A DNA stretch of 63,314 nucleotides, filler included, from Eubacteriales bacterium (GTDB lineage: Bacteria; Bacillota; Clostridia; Oscillospirales; CAG-382), in the NCBI GenBank assembly GCA_045636665.1. It is 8 parts of 8 records of this genome, joined end to end, with 100 filler letters (N's around TTAATTAATTAA, not from the genome) between each part and the next. Parts side by side here need not be neighbours in the genome. Positions count along the whole stretch, not along the records: positions 1 to 23,378 come from JAZTXY010000071.1; positions 23,479 to 39,916 come from JAZTXY010000072.1; 6 more parts are not named here. The stretch is one strand, 5' to 3'. The notes under the pieces are model-generated. The model worked only from the letters and a program-made list of their open reading frames with translations. It was not told where the DNA came from and searched no databases. Below, piece after piece: positions 18,102-27,518 of the stretch (position 1 is the first letter of the stretch; every line of letters begins with the position of its first letter). The position numbers were made by a program, and so were the translations under genes.

Positions 18102-18473
18102 ATGACTAAGCAAGAATTTCTTGAATACTGCTCGAATACATACGGAACCTCGGCAGACTATCCCTTTGACGAGGATTTTGAAACGGCGGTGCTTCGTCAT
18201 ATAGACAACCGCAAGTGGTATGCTATCGCGATGCGCGTGTCAAGACGTAGGTTCTGCGAGGACAGCGACGAGGTGGTTGATGTGGTCAATCTGAAAATCC
18301 CGTTAGAGCTGTTCGGCGCGTTTGATGCGTTTGGCGGTGTCTATCCCGCCTATCATATGAATAAACGCCATTGGATTTCGGTGCTTCTTCCCGACGTATC
18401 GGACGATTTGCTGTTCCACCTTGTGAATTTAAGCTTTGATGCAACAATGTCCAAAAAGAAAAAAGCCAAATAA
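18102..18473 (+). CDS. MmcQ/YjbR family DNA-binding protein
   Basis: NRKWYA, VNLK, PAYHMNKRHWISV. Confidence 0.9.
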   Translation: MTKQEFLEYCSNTYGTSADYPFDEDFETAVLRHIDNRKWYAIAMRVSRRRFCEDSDEVVDVVNLKIPLELFGAFDAFGGVYPAYHMNKRHWISVLLPDVSDDLLFHLVNLSFDATMSKKKKAK

Positions 18474-18512
18474 ACAATGATATTAATTATGCATAGCGAT
18501 AAGATTATTGAT

Positions 18513-18545
18513 AAAAAAGTGCTGACGCCAAAAACGTCAGCACTT
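18513..18545. terminator. Terminator between convergent genes
   Basis: AAGTGCTGACG/CGTCAGCACTT stem with flanking A run. Confidence 0.7.
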
Positions 18546-18552
18546 AATATTT

Positions 18553-21165
18553 TTATTCGGTGATATTGATTTTAATAGTTATGGTCTTTATAGTACCCAT
18601 TCTGTCGGAAACCGTGAACTTCAACTCGTCGTCGCCCTTGTATCTGCCCATAGCCTTAACAGTCAGCTTGCCGTCTCTGTTAAGCGTGATCGAGCAATAT
18701 GCGGGCGAAACCTCGATACGGTAATCAAGACAGGTAAGGTTGCCGAGCTCGATATCCACGCTCTTGCCGTTGACTATCGTGATCTCTCTGTCTGTAAATG
18801 AATCAAGGTTGGCGTTTTCGGGCAGGTTGTAATTTCTGTCAAGCTCGTTCTTTGCGTAAAGCAGAGTCTCTTCATGTATCGCCGCTTCAAATTCGTTTTT
18901 CTTACGTTCTACGTAATACAAAGCACCGGGAACGGCACCCTGATAGTAGAGCGTCGGCGCGTTGATATATCCGTATTCAACGCCCTGGCCGAGATACTCG
19001 CGATGGTATCGAAGCGCCATATCGCCCATTTCACCGCTTTCTATCTCTACCTCGATGCCCATACCGTAAAGCCAAGCCAGATTTGCGGCAGCCTCGACTC
19101 TTGTGGGCGGAACGTAATAGAAGGGATAGTTGGGTTGCAACCAAGAAATATCAAAACCGAAAATATGGTTGTATTGATATTTGTTTCCGTTATAATAAGG
19201 ACACCAGGATGTAATGTAACCCAAGCTGTGAACGTATTCGTTAAATGCTATACAAGCATCGTAATCATAGGCTTTTGCTTTGTTCCATTCGTTAGGCTTA
19301 ATAGCCTCGTCATGCCAGTAAAATCCTACAAATTCGATGTTTTCGTAATTGCTCTCGTTAAATCTGCGGATGAGCTCGTCAACCTGCCATTTTAAGCATT
19401 CGTTGTAGTCCTCAAGCGTCTCTGTTTTCTTGCCCTTAAAAACGTCGCCGATAACGGGTATATAAACACCGATCATTATTTTTTCTTTATCATTCGTGCC
19501 CAAATCGGCATTTATCTTAGCCTTCGCCTTGTTGATAGCATCAAGGTTGATTCCCTCATAAAACAGACTGTCATAGCAGAAATTAAAAACCTTTTCTTTG
19601 TCTTCTGTTGCAGCGTGTGCGCTTCCCAAGCTGAGAACGAACGCATCCATATATACGTCGGTAGCCTTACCGTTCTCGTCAAGCTCCGCCATATAAGTAA
19701 GAGCTATCTCCTCGGTGAAAACGTTTGTTTCGGAATTGTTTACGCCAGGCTCCTGTGCGGCAATTCCCGCAAAAAGAGCATTATCTATTCCAAAATCCTT
19801 GCTATCGGGATATCTGCCGTAAAGGATGTCCTTGTTTACCGTAGCAGTAATTGCGTTTTCGGGATTTTTTCTGCCGATTATTTCAAACTCTCCGAGAAAT
19901 ACCATTACAGGACCGTCGTAAAGAGGCGCGGTCTGGAATGTAAGACGGACGTATCTCGCTTTATATTCGTTGCCGAAATCGCAATTCCTCGTGTCTTTTA
20001 CCTTTTCGACCTTGTTAAAGTCGCGGTTTTCTTCAGCATATACCGTCACCCAATCGGTTCCGTTTTCGCTTAAGCTTATGCAGTAGACCAAGGGCGTGCT
20101 CGTACCCCAAGTGTATCTGTCGAAGAAAGAAAGGGTGCATCCCTTGACCGACATCACTTTTCCGAGATCGGCTACCACGTTTCTGCCGCAGCCTCTCCAA
20201 AAGATGAAATAATCTTTTAGAAAATCGCCTCCGTGAAGCACACCGTCGGTAAGAAGACCAAGATCCTCTCTCGTGGAATTGCTGTTTTCGGTAGTAATAG
20301 CTTCAAAATGCTCTATCTGGAAATCCACACCCTCAATGGTGGCGAGATTTCTTATCTCGTTGTAATCGGCGTCGCTTTCGCTCACCTTAACGTCGGACTC
20401 GCCTAAATTAAGGTCATATCCGTAAAGATCGTTGATGGTATAATATTCGTCGCGATATTCGCCTATCGTCATATCGATAGTACCGTTTTCGCTGTATTCA
20501 TATGCGGATATCTCGTCTACGAAAAGAAAGGTATTTTCCTGCGGCGCAAATAAAACGCGTATGTATCTCGCCTTAATACCCTTCGAGAAGGCAAAACGGT
20601 AGTTTTCTTTTGTGGTTTCGGGAAGGTTCTCGGGGGTAGTTATACGGCTGATCTCGGTATAGTCCTTGCCGTCGTTCGAAACGTATACGGCAACGTATCT
20701 CGGAAGACCAATGCCATAAGGCATTGAGCGTAAGCACCCTATCTCGATATCGGCGATAACGTTATCGTTGCTGCCGAGGTCAAAATCTACAGCAACCGGG
20801 TTTCTGCCGTCCCAACATACGAACGTGTCTGTTCCGTACAGAAGGTCCATACGCGCGCCGTTGGTAAGCTTATTACCGTTCGGGTCGTTGTAGAGGGCGT
20901 TCACTTCGCGGCTGACACTATAAGGCTTTAGGTATAACAAATTTGTTGCCTTTAAGCTTCTGTCAATATCCTCAGTAAGATATTCCTGTATTTTTTCAGC
21001 CGACTTGTTCCATTCAAGGTCGCTTTTGGAGCTTTCTTCGGAATTTTCTTCGACGCTGTTGTCGATATCCTCGTTTCCGTTGTCGATATCCTCGTTTCCG
21101 TTGTCGCAAGCTGCGAACGAAAACAACGTCGCAAAAGCAAGAATTAAAGCAAAAAGTCGTTTCAT
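18553..21165 (-). CDS. Lipoprotein with two discoidin (F5/8-C)-like domains and a DUF4855-like catalytic domain
   Basis: Lipobox FAAC; VYVSNDG..ARYIRV and LSENG.DW..ARYVRL; GFYW.DE, WCPYY, GFD...QPNY, GMGIEVE. Confidence 0.75.
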   Translation of the reverse strand: MKRLFALILAFATLFSFAACDNGNEDIDNGNEDIDNSVEENSEESSKSDLEWNKSAEKIQEYLTEDIDRSLKATNLLYLKPYSVSREVNALYNDPNGNKLTNGARMDLLYGTDTFVCWDGRNPVAVDFDLGSNDNVIADIEIGCLRSMPYGIGLPRYVAVYVSNDGKDYTEISRITTPENLPETTKENYRFAFSKGIKARYIRVLFAPQENTFLFVDEISAYEYSENGTIDMTIGEYRDEYYTINDLYGYDLNLGESDVKVSESDADYNEIRNLATIEGVDFQIEHFEAITTENSNSTREDLGLLTDGVLHGGDFLKDYFIFWRGCGRNVVADLGKVMSVKGCTLSFFDRYTWGTSTPLVYCISLSENGTDWVTVYAEENRDFNKVEKVKDTRNCDFGNEYKARYVRLTFQTAPLYDGPVMVFLGEFEIIGRKNPENAITATVNKDILYGRYPDSKDFGIDNALFAGIAAQEPGVNNSETNVFTEEIALTYMAELDENGKATDVYMDAFVLSLGSAHAATEDKEKVFNFCYDSLFYEGINLDAINKAKAKINADLGTNDKEKIMIGVYIPVIGDVFKGKKTETLEDYNECLKWQVDELIRRFNESNYENIEFVGFYWHDEAIKPNEWNKAKAYDYDACIAFNEYVHSLGYITSWCPYYNGNKYQYNHIFGFDISWLQPNYPFYYVPPTRVEAAANLAWLYGMGIEVEIESGEMGDMALRYHREYLGQGVEYGYINAPTLYYQGAVPGALYYVERKKNEFEAAIHEETLLYAKNELDRNYNLPENANLDSFTDREITIVNGKSVDIELGNLTCLDYRIEVSPAYCSITLNRDGKLTVKAMGRYKGDDELKFTVSDRMGTIKTITIKINITE
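21058..21106. repeat. 21-bp tandem repeat (2.3 copies) encoding DNGNEDI
   Basis: GTTGTCGATATCCTCGTTTCC twice, plus a partial copy. Confidence 0.9.
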
Positions 21166-21380
21166 TGGTTTGTCCTTTCTGATAATAGAAGTATATTAAT
21201 TATCTCACAAAACAAAGAAAATTTCAATAGCCATTTCGAAGAATTGACACGGTTCAATTAGTGCACCCTCGCTAAATTAAGGTTGCATTCGCCACGTGTT
21301 ATGCTGTATTAAAAGTAACAACTCGATCTTACCCTCTAATTGATTTAAAATGCATTAAACAATTTTAAAATTAATAATCA

Positions 21381-21415
21381 AAAAAGCCGTTTTTCAATTC
21401 GAAAAATGGCTTTTT
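21381..21415 (-). terminator. Terminator downstream of the tRNA fragment
   Basis: AAAAAGCCGTTTTTC/GAAAAATGGCTTTTT. Confidence 0.65.
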
Positions 21416-21459
21416 GGTCGAAGTGACAGGACTCGAACCTGCAGCATCTTGGTCCCAAA
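21415..21459 (-). mobile_element. 3' half of tRNA-Pro(TGG), an att site of an integrative element
   Basis: Minus strand TTTGGGACCAAGATGCTGCAGGTTCGAGTCCTGTCACTTCGACCA: anticodon loop, T-loop GGTTCGAG and CCA end, with no 5' half or D-arm. Confidence 0.8.
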
Positions 21460-21641
21460 AAGTCCTTTATACCTACTTTCTACTGCTTTCGCACCATTTC
21501 TAATGCGTTCTAATTAAAAATAAGCCCTCTCCTAACCTCTCGTGCCCACTGTTTCCGTGTACTCCGTGCGTCAAAGTGGGATAAACTGTGGTCAAATTTC
21601 TCCCCAAAAATCTTTCGATTTTCGGGGACCCCATATAATAA

Positions 21642-21679
21642 TGCTCCCCCGAAACGATGAAATTCATCTCGGGGGAGCA
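21642..21679 (-). terminator. Strong hairpin downstream of the NTase gene
   Basis: TGCTCCCCCGA/TCGGGGGAGCA 11-bp stem. Confidence 0.6.
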
Positions 21680-21730
21680 ACGCTTTTGTATGTTAACTGT
21701 GAATCGGAAGTTTGTCAAGGCCTTGTCGAA

Positions 21731-22369
21731 CTATTTTCGATAGCCGTTTTTCTGGCACATTTCGTTTATTGATTCAGCAAAAATGGAACGGGAATGCTTG
21801 TCGGGATTATCATTTTTGTTTTTCTTGATGAGATAATATTTCAGTAGTTCACACCATAATTTTTCTTCCTTCAGCCAGTCTATCTTCTTGTCTAATCCAA
21901 CAAATCCTTTGCCTTGGTATTCCCAGGAATAGTAATTGTTGTCCTTGTTGAATCGAATGTACTGCTGCCTACCGTCATCGCAATTATATACGATTGCAAA
22001 GTCGCAGCTGTGAATGATTGAAGAAGTCCGAGTGTTTACTTTTTTGATAGTTAGGACACGGGTGGAATCCTCGCAATACTTGTATCCGTATCGAGGTGCA
22101 ACACGGTTGATGGCATTTCGGATTTTTTCTCTTATTTCTTTCGGCTCGAAATTTTCTTCGTCATCATTCACCTCAATGTTGATATCAAAGTCAAAACCGA
22201 TATTCGACTTCGTGTCGTAAGTAATCATATTGCGACTTGAACTACCAACCGTAGTGAATTTGAATGTGAAATGATCTCTCACAAGGTCTTGAACTTCATA
22301 AAGGATTTGATATAACTCTTCCCTTATCGGCTTCGCTTCATTTCTTGTAACGTACCTAAAATCGTGCAT
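21731..22369 (-). CDS. Pol-beta superfamily nucleotidyltransferase, cGAS/DncV (CD-NTase/SMODS)-like, 212 aa
   Basis: VGSSSRN, GFDFDINI and SCDFAIV give the GS motif, DxD and third Asp; STRVLTI strand. Confidence 0.7.
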   Translation of the reverse strand: MHDFRYVTRNEAKPIREELYQILYEVQDLVRDHFTFKFTTVGSSSRNMITYDTKSNIGFDFDINIEVNDDEENFEPKEIREKIRNAINRVAPRYGYKYCEDSTRVLTIKKVNTRTSSIIHSCDFAIVYNCDDGRQQYIRFNKDNNYYSWEYQGKGFVGLDKKIDWLKEEKLWCELLKYYLIKKNKNDNPDKHSRSIFAESINEMCQKNGYRK

Positions 22370-22429
22370 TGGTTTAACTCCTAAAAATGTTCTCCCTAAC
22401 CGACCATTTAACGAGTGTTAAATCGTTAT

Positions 22430-22457
22430 AGTATACTACGGAATTTTTATTTGTCAA
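22430..22457 (-). promoter_or_regulatory. Sigma-A promoter of the NTase gene
   Basis: TTGACA-16nt-TATACT on the minus strand. Confidence 0.65.
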
Positions 22458-22536
22458 GATCTATTTTAATAATATCATAAAAATGTCGATTTTTCAAGCA
22501 AAGTTCAATCATTGCCCCGCGGTAGACAAAGAAAAG

Positions 22537-22593
22537 GCAACAGCGCGTTGCTTGTTATTTCCCTTATGATCTGCTATAATAGAACCATAGAAA
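22537..22593 (+). promoter_or_regulatory. Promoter/operator of the XRE gene (repeat copy 1)
   Basis: Palindrome GCAACAGCGCGTTGC overlapping TTGCTT; extended -10 TGCTATAAT. Confidence 0.65.
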
Positions 22594-22610
22594 ACAAAGG
22601 CGGTAGCACT

Positions 22611-23273
22611 ATGGAAACGAAAGATATTATCCTTGAACTCAGAACAAAGCACGGGCTCTCCCAGGACGAGCTTGCCGAAAAGGTATTCGTCACCCGTCAG
22701 GCAGTCAGCCGTTGGGAGAATGGCGAAACGATACCCAACACCGAAACGCTTAAATCTCTCTCCAAGCTGTTTGACGTTTCCATCAATACGCTTCTCGGCT
22801 GTCCCCGCGAGCTCGTCTGTGAATGCTGCGGTATGAAGCTTTCGGACACCGATATCAGTCGCGAAAAAGATGGCTCGTTCAATGAGCATTACTGCGGATG
22901 GTGCTATGCCGACGGAGATTTTACTATGGATTTTTGGAAGCAGTATATTAACCTCGGCGGTAAGGAAAGGTTTGAGGAATTTAAACAGCAGATCATCTCT
23001 GAATTCAACACCCTGCTTCATATTGAAGGACTGCCAAAGGTCGAAAGCCTTAACGTGCTGTCGGGGAGCTTTATCAATCTGGAATATACATTGCCCAACG
23101 GACAAAAGGTAAAATTCCTTGACGATAACGCTACCTACCTCGGCAATCAGCTTGAATGTGAATTCGGCGGTGACCGTTGCTTCGGTTTAGCCGCCAATAT
23201 GGACTTCCTCTTGGTCTGCACCTACGAGGAAAACGGCGAAAATCCCGAGCTTGTTATTTATAAAAAGAGATAA
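22611..23273 (+). CDS. XRE-family HTH regulator with zinc ribbon and C-terminal domain
   Basis: LSQDELAEKVFVTRQAVSRWENG; CECCGM...YCGWCY. Confidence 0.85.
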   Translation: METKDIILELRTKHGLSQDELAEKVFVTRQAVSRWENGETIPNTETLKSLSKLFDVSINTLLGCPRELVCECCGMKLSDTDISREKDGSFNEHYCGWCYADGDFTMDFWKQYINLGGKERFEEFKQQIISEFNTLLHIEGLPKVESLNVLSGSFINLEYTLPNGQKVKFLDDNATYLGNQLECEFGGDRCFGLAANMDFLLVCTYEENGENPELVIYKKR

Positions 23274-23277
23274 AAAT

Positions 23278-23314
23278 GCCGATGAGGAATCGAAAGAAAC
23301 CTCATCGGCTTTTC
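23278..23314 (+). terminator. Rho-independent terminator
   Basis: GCCGATGAGG/CCTCATCGGC followed by a T run. Confidence 0.75.
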
Positions 23315-23321
23315 TATATTA

Positions 23322-23378
23322 GCAACAGCGCGTTGCTTGTTATTTTCCTTATGATCTGCTATAATATAACCATAGAAA
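23322..23378 (+). repeat. Second copy of the 57-bp promoter/operator at the contig end
   Basis: 55/57 identical to 22537-22593. Confidence 0.9.
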
Positions 23379-23478
23379 NNNNNNNNNNNNNNNNNNNNNN
23401 NNNNNNNNNNNNNNNNNNNNNNTTAATTAATTAANNNNNNNNNNNNNNNNNNNNNNNNNNNNNNNNNNNNNNNNNNNN
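23379..23478. other. Artificial contig linker (also at 39917-40016, 43043-43142, 52965-53064, 54883-54982, 56846-56945, 59919-60018)
   Basis: 100-bp N run with central TTAATTAATTAA all-frame stop. Confidence 0.98.
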
Positions 23479-23686
23479 TAGAGAGAAAATAAGCGATTTT
23501 TTCATACTTGCTCCTTTCATACTTTTAAAGACTTCGGAGAAATGATATAGCCGATAAATATTCTATATAAATAATATCACACCGAAAATGCGGTTGTCTA
23601 TAGTAAAGCAAGCGCGTTAACAATATTCTGCTTTTTGCATAAAAATCAACTGCCGAATAAAAATATTGCGGCAGTTGATTTGTTTA

Positions 23687-25309
23687 TTACTTATGAAACC
23701 ACATGGGGTCGACGAATACTCCGTCGATAGAAACGGCATAGTGAAGAACGGTTTTGCCGTTGGTAAATCCGCTTTGTCCCGCAGTGCCGATAATTTCACC
23801 GTCGGTGAGGGTATAGCCGACACGGACGTTAAGGCTTTCGAGGTGGTAATAATAGGTATAAATACCGTAGCCGTGATAAACGACGACCGTGTTTCCCGTA
23901 GGAGCAAGATTACCGCTGAAAACGACCTCGCCTGCTTGCGCGGAACGAACCGAGCTTCCCGCATCAAGCTCGTAAACCACGCCCTCGCAAACTCGCTCAC
24001 CCGTATCGCCCGTTGTGTTTGCGGAGCCGAGGTTGACGGGTTGACCATAGGTAAAGGCAGGGGTACTGTTTTTATTTACGGGTAAATGCAATTCGCTTTC
24101 GGCATAATTGAAATAATCGGTTTCGGGACGTTTTTCGGTTGCGCCGGCAAGCGCCGTTTTGAATTCCTCCATCTTTTCGGTAGAGAGCATCGAATAATAT
24201 TGCGTTTCTGTTATTTCAATAGGAGTCCAAGCATCGTTTTTGCGCTCGGTGATAACGATATCATTTTTGACACTGCCGACACCGGTGGTTATTTCAAGCG
24301 AATGAACGCCCACGCCGTTGGCAAGACCGACGGGCAAAAGCGCAACGCCCTTGCTGTTTTCGGTAATTCCAAAGCCGATTTGGGGGATTTGCATCGAGGT
24401 TTTGATGCCTATCGTTTCGTCGTTGTTAAGGTGGGTTGCATCGACAACGATAACCTCGCCGAGTGAAAATTCGGTTTTTTGAAGCTCGACGATTGCGGGA
24501 ATATCGTAAAGGATTTTGAACTTATATTTTGCCTTGCCCGATGCCTGCGCGCCGTTTAATTCGCTCCATTTAACGGTAAACGAAACGTTAAGAAGCGTAT
24601 CGAACGAAAGATTAAGCTCTGAAATATCGCTTATCGCATATTCGCTTCCGTTTTCGGCGATATAAGAAATGTCGGTCATTTCATAGGGGCGAACCTTGCC
24701 GTCGGGAGTGAAATCGAGCTTGTTGTCAAGCCCTTTAAGGATTATATAGGTTTCTTCGCCCGTTGCAAGCTTGTCGGGCGCATAGGTATATTCATTTCCG
24801 TCGGTCTTGAAATATTTCCATTCGCATTCGACGGGGTTGACGGGAAACTTGTTTTCGCCGCTTATGACCGAAAGGTTGGGAAGGAAATAATCGGCATAAA
24901 GATAATCAAATTCGCTTCTTAAAAGGAAATCCTTTGCCGTTTCGGTATCAAGCACGAAATATTCACCCTCGGGGTCAACGAGCAAACATCCCGAAAGGTT
25001 AAGCGAGGGATAAAAACGGTATTCCGAGGGCGAATCGCCCGAATAAAGCGTTATCAAAACCGGTATTTCCTTTGAAACGTCGCGCATTGCCGTCCTTATC
25101 GGGAGCGCGTTCTTGCACATATCGACAAAAAAGTTAACCTCTTGCTCGGCGGTGAAGAAAATCTCGTCCGCCATGGGAGCGTCAAAGGTAACTCGGTCAA
25201 CACTGTCAAGCGAGGTATAGTATATCAAAAAGCAGAGTATGACGGCAAGCGGCAGACAGAAAAACGCCACAAGCAAGCCGTTGCTTCTTTTTTTGCGGTT
25301 ACGTGCCAT
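23687..25309 (-). CDS. Membrane-anchored M23 family peptidase
   Basis: N-terminal TM; GNTVVVYHGYG..TYYYHL, GEIIG..GQSG, VLHY, VDP. Confidence 0.8.
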   Translation of the reverse strand: MARNRKKRSNGLLVAFFCLPLAVILCFLIYYTSLDSVDRVTFDAPMADEIFFTAEQEVNFFVDMCKNALPIRTAMRDVSKEIPVLITLYSGDSPSEYRFYPSLNLSGCLLVDPEGEYFVLDTETAKDFLLRSEFDYLYADYFLPNLSVISGENKFPVNPVECEWKYFKTDGNEYTYAPDKLATGEETYIILKGLDNKLDFTPDGKVRPYEMTDISYIAENGSEYAISDISELNLSFDTLLNVSFTVKWSELNGAQASGKAKYKFKILYDIPAIVELQKTEFSLGEVIVVDATHLNNDETIGIKTSMQIPQIGFGITENSKGVALLPVGLANGVGVHSLEITTGVGSVKNDIVITERKNDAWTPIEITETQYYSMLSTEKMEEFKTALAGATEKRPETDYFNYAESELHLPVNKNSTPAFTYGQPVNLGSANTTGDTGERVCEGVVYELDAGSSVRSAQAGEVVFSGNLAPTGNTVVVYHGYGIYTYYYHLESLNVRVGYTLTDGEIIGTAGQSGFTNGKTVLHYAVSIDGVFVDPMWFHK

Positions 25310-25450
25310 TAATATTCCTCCAACGTCAAAAACGACGCAAAAAATACATATTATTACATCTTTATTTTATAACATACCAGGGCTTTAGTCAATAGTTTTT
25401 TCTCGTTTAAAGATTCCGTTTTTTGGGAATAATTAACGCGAGGTGACGGT

Positions 25451-26854
25451 ATGAGCAATGAATTTAACGATTTTAAAAATACAGTGGTAAATATTTTTTC
25501 GGATTGCGAGGATTTCGTTTGCCGTGAATGCGGTCGGGACGGCGCAAGGCTTGCCTTGATGTTTATCAAGGGGATAACCGCGCGCGATTTTATTTCCGAG
25601 CGCTTGCTTCGTCCTTTACAGCTTGCCGATATGGAAAATTTCAACGGCGATTTCGGCAGTATTATCGAAAGCCCGAATTTATCGACGCCGAGCGATGCGA
25701 AAGCGGCGGCGCAATCGGTTGCGATTGGCGAGGTTATAATAATCGCCGAGTGCAAAAACGGTTTTTTCGTAACGCTTGCAAACGCGCAATACACCCACGG
25801 CAGAAGCGTTGACGAGCCCGACAGCGACGTTACCGTGCGCGGCCCGAAGGCGGGCTTTGTAGAGGATGCCGAAACGAATATGGCGCTTATCCGCAAATAT
25901 ATCCGCACACCCGATTTGAAATTTATTCGCTTTACCGTCGGCGACGTTTCGCAAACAAAGGTCATCGTTTCCTTTGTTTCGGGCAGGGCAAATAAAAGGC
26001 TTATCGAGGATATAAAGCAACGCATTTCGAACCTGAAAGCGACGGCAATAACCGACAGCGGAAACGTTGCGATGCTGCTTGACGGCAACAAAAACCGCTT
26101 TCTTCCGACCTATGGCAGTACCGAAAAGGTCGACAAGCTTGCGTCAAAGCTGATGTCGGGCAGAGTCGCAATAATAGTCGACGGCAGTCCCTTTGTGCTG
26201 ACTGTTCCCTTTGTGTTTGCCGAAAGTCTGCAATCCGCCGACGATTATCTGCACACGCCTTATTATGCAACCTTTATCCGCACTTTGCGTCTTATCGCAT
26301 TTGTTTCGGCAATCTTTGCGCCAGCAATACTTTGCGCTTTGGTCAGCTTTGATTACGCTCAAATGCCGCCCGAATTATACGGCATAATCGCCGATTCGCG
26401 CAAGGATATTCCGATTTCGTTCTTTTGGGAGATTGTTGCGATATTACTGCTTTTCGAAATACTGCGCGAGGTCGGTGTGCGAATGCCGCGCTCGGTCGGT
26501 GAGGCGGTGGGAATAGTCGGCTCGATAATACTCGGCAACACTGCGGTCGAGGCAGGAATAGTTTCGTCGGTAGGGGTTATTACCGTCGCGTTTTCTGCGG
26601 TATGCGCCTTCATAACTCCTGCATATATGTACGTTATAGTTATCGCGCGGATCGTTTCGCTTTTACTTGCCGAGCTTTTCGGCATTTACGGGCTTGGACT
26701 TGCCGCAACGGTTTTGTTGCTTATGCTTTGCGAAAAAAACAGCTTCGGCGCTCCTTATTTGTTTCCGCTATCTCCGTTTGACAAAAAGGGGATGCAGGAT
26801 TTTATCTTCTCCTATCCCAAAAAGACCTTGGGCAGAAAGGAGCTTGACGAATGA
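25451..26854 (+). CDS. Spore germination protein, GerA/GerKA family
   Basis: RSVDEP..D.TVRGPK.GFVED, GRVAIIVDGSP, EILREVGVRMP, GAPYLFP. Confidence 0.9.
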   Translation: MSNEFNDFKNTVVNIFSDCEDFVCRECGRDGARLALMFIKGITARDFISERLLRPLQLADMENFNGDFGSIIESPNLSTPSDAKAAAQSVAIGEVIIIAECKNGFFVTLANAQYTHGRSVDEPDSDVTVRGPKAGFVEDAETNMALIRKYIRTPDLKFIRFTVGDVSQTKVIVSFVSGRANKRLIEDIKQRISNLKATAITDSGNVAMLLDGNKNRFLPTYGSTEKVDKLASKLMSGRVAIIVDGSPFVLTVPFVFAESLQSADDYLHTPYYATFIRTLRLIAFVSAIFAPAILCALVSFDYAQMPPELYGIIADSRKDIPISFFWEIVAILLLFEILREVGVRMPRSVGEAVGIVGSIILGNTAVEAGIVSSVGVITVAFSAVCAFITPAYMYVIVIARIVSLLLAELFGIYGLGLAATVLLLMLCEKNSFGAPYLFPLSPFDKKGMQDFIFSYPKKTLGRKELDE

Positions 26855-27498
26855 ACGCCCTTTGCGCTCTGTTGCCGCTTGCGTCAACCTTTGTTTCGCT
26901 TTCGTTCGGCGGAGCAACTACTCCTTTTGTTTTGTTGCAATTCCTTGTGCTTTTGCCGTTGCTGAAGGGTGTGGGGAAAACGACGGCGCGAATATTTACG
27001 CCTCTGCTTTTGCTGTCCGTCGTTTTGCGGCTCGCGTCGCTTATAACCGTTTCAAACGGCGCTTTGACCTTGATCGGCTCAAGCGTTCTTGCGGTTATCT
27101 GTCTTGTAATTTCCTGCGTTACCGCGGTCAAGGCGGAAACCTCATTTCTTTTTGCAACACCCTTGTTTTTCGTTGTGTCGCTTTTTGCGGTTTTCGTTAC
27201 CGTCGTTTCCTTTTCGACGTCTTTGCGCGCTCCGTTTGAAGGTGTAACACCGGTCGAAATACTTTCTGCGGCGGTTTGCCCTTTTTCATCGTGCGTCGCC
27301 TTTTCCTGCTTTGCAAAAGTGCGCTCGCTGAAACGCTTTTATGCCGTAATTGTTGGGGCTTTGCTTTGCGCCGTTTTTATTGTTTTCGATGCCGCAGGTG
27401 CGGAATTTGCATTTTTAAGCGTACCGCTTGTGATATTGGTTTCTTCAATCGAAATAAAGGCGGTGATAAAAGGCATTAAAGGCGAAATCACCGAATAA
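26851..27498 (+). CDS. Hydrophobic membrane protein, possibly a reduced GerAB-like subunit
   Basis: Overlaps the gerA stop; almost entirely TM helices; 215 aa. Confidence 0.5.
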   Translation: MNALCALLPLASTFVSLSFGGATTPFVLLQFLVLLPLLKGVGKTTARIFTPLLLLSVVLRLASLITVSNGALTLIGSSVLAVICLVISCVTAVKAETSFLFATPLFFVVSLFAVFVTVVSFSTSLRAPFEGVTPVEILSAAVCPFSSCVAFSCFAKVRSLKRFYAVIVGALLCAVFIVFDAAGAEFAFLSVPLVILVSSIEIKAVIKGIKGEITE

Positions 27499-27518
27499 AA
27501 TGTTTTCGGTGATGAATA

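Noticed and set aside
9545..18473. Classical integron
   Set aside because: No IntI and no repeated attC sites visible
21415..21459. Functional tRNA-Pro gene
   Set aside because: The 5' acceptor strand and D-arm are absent
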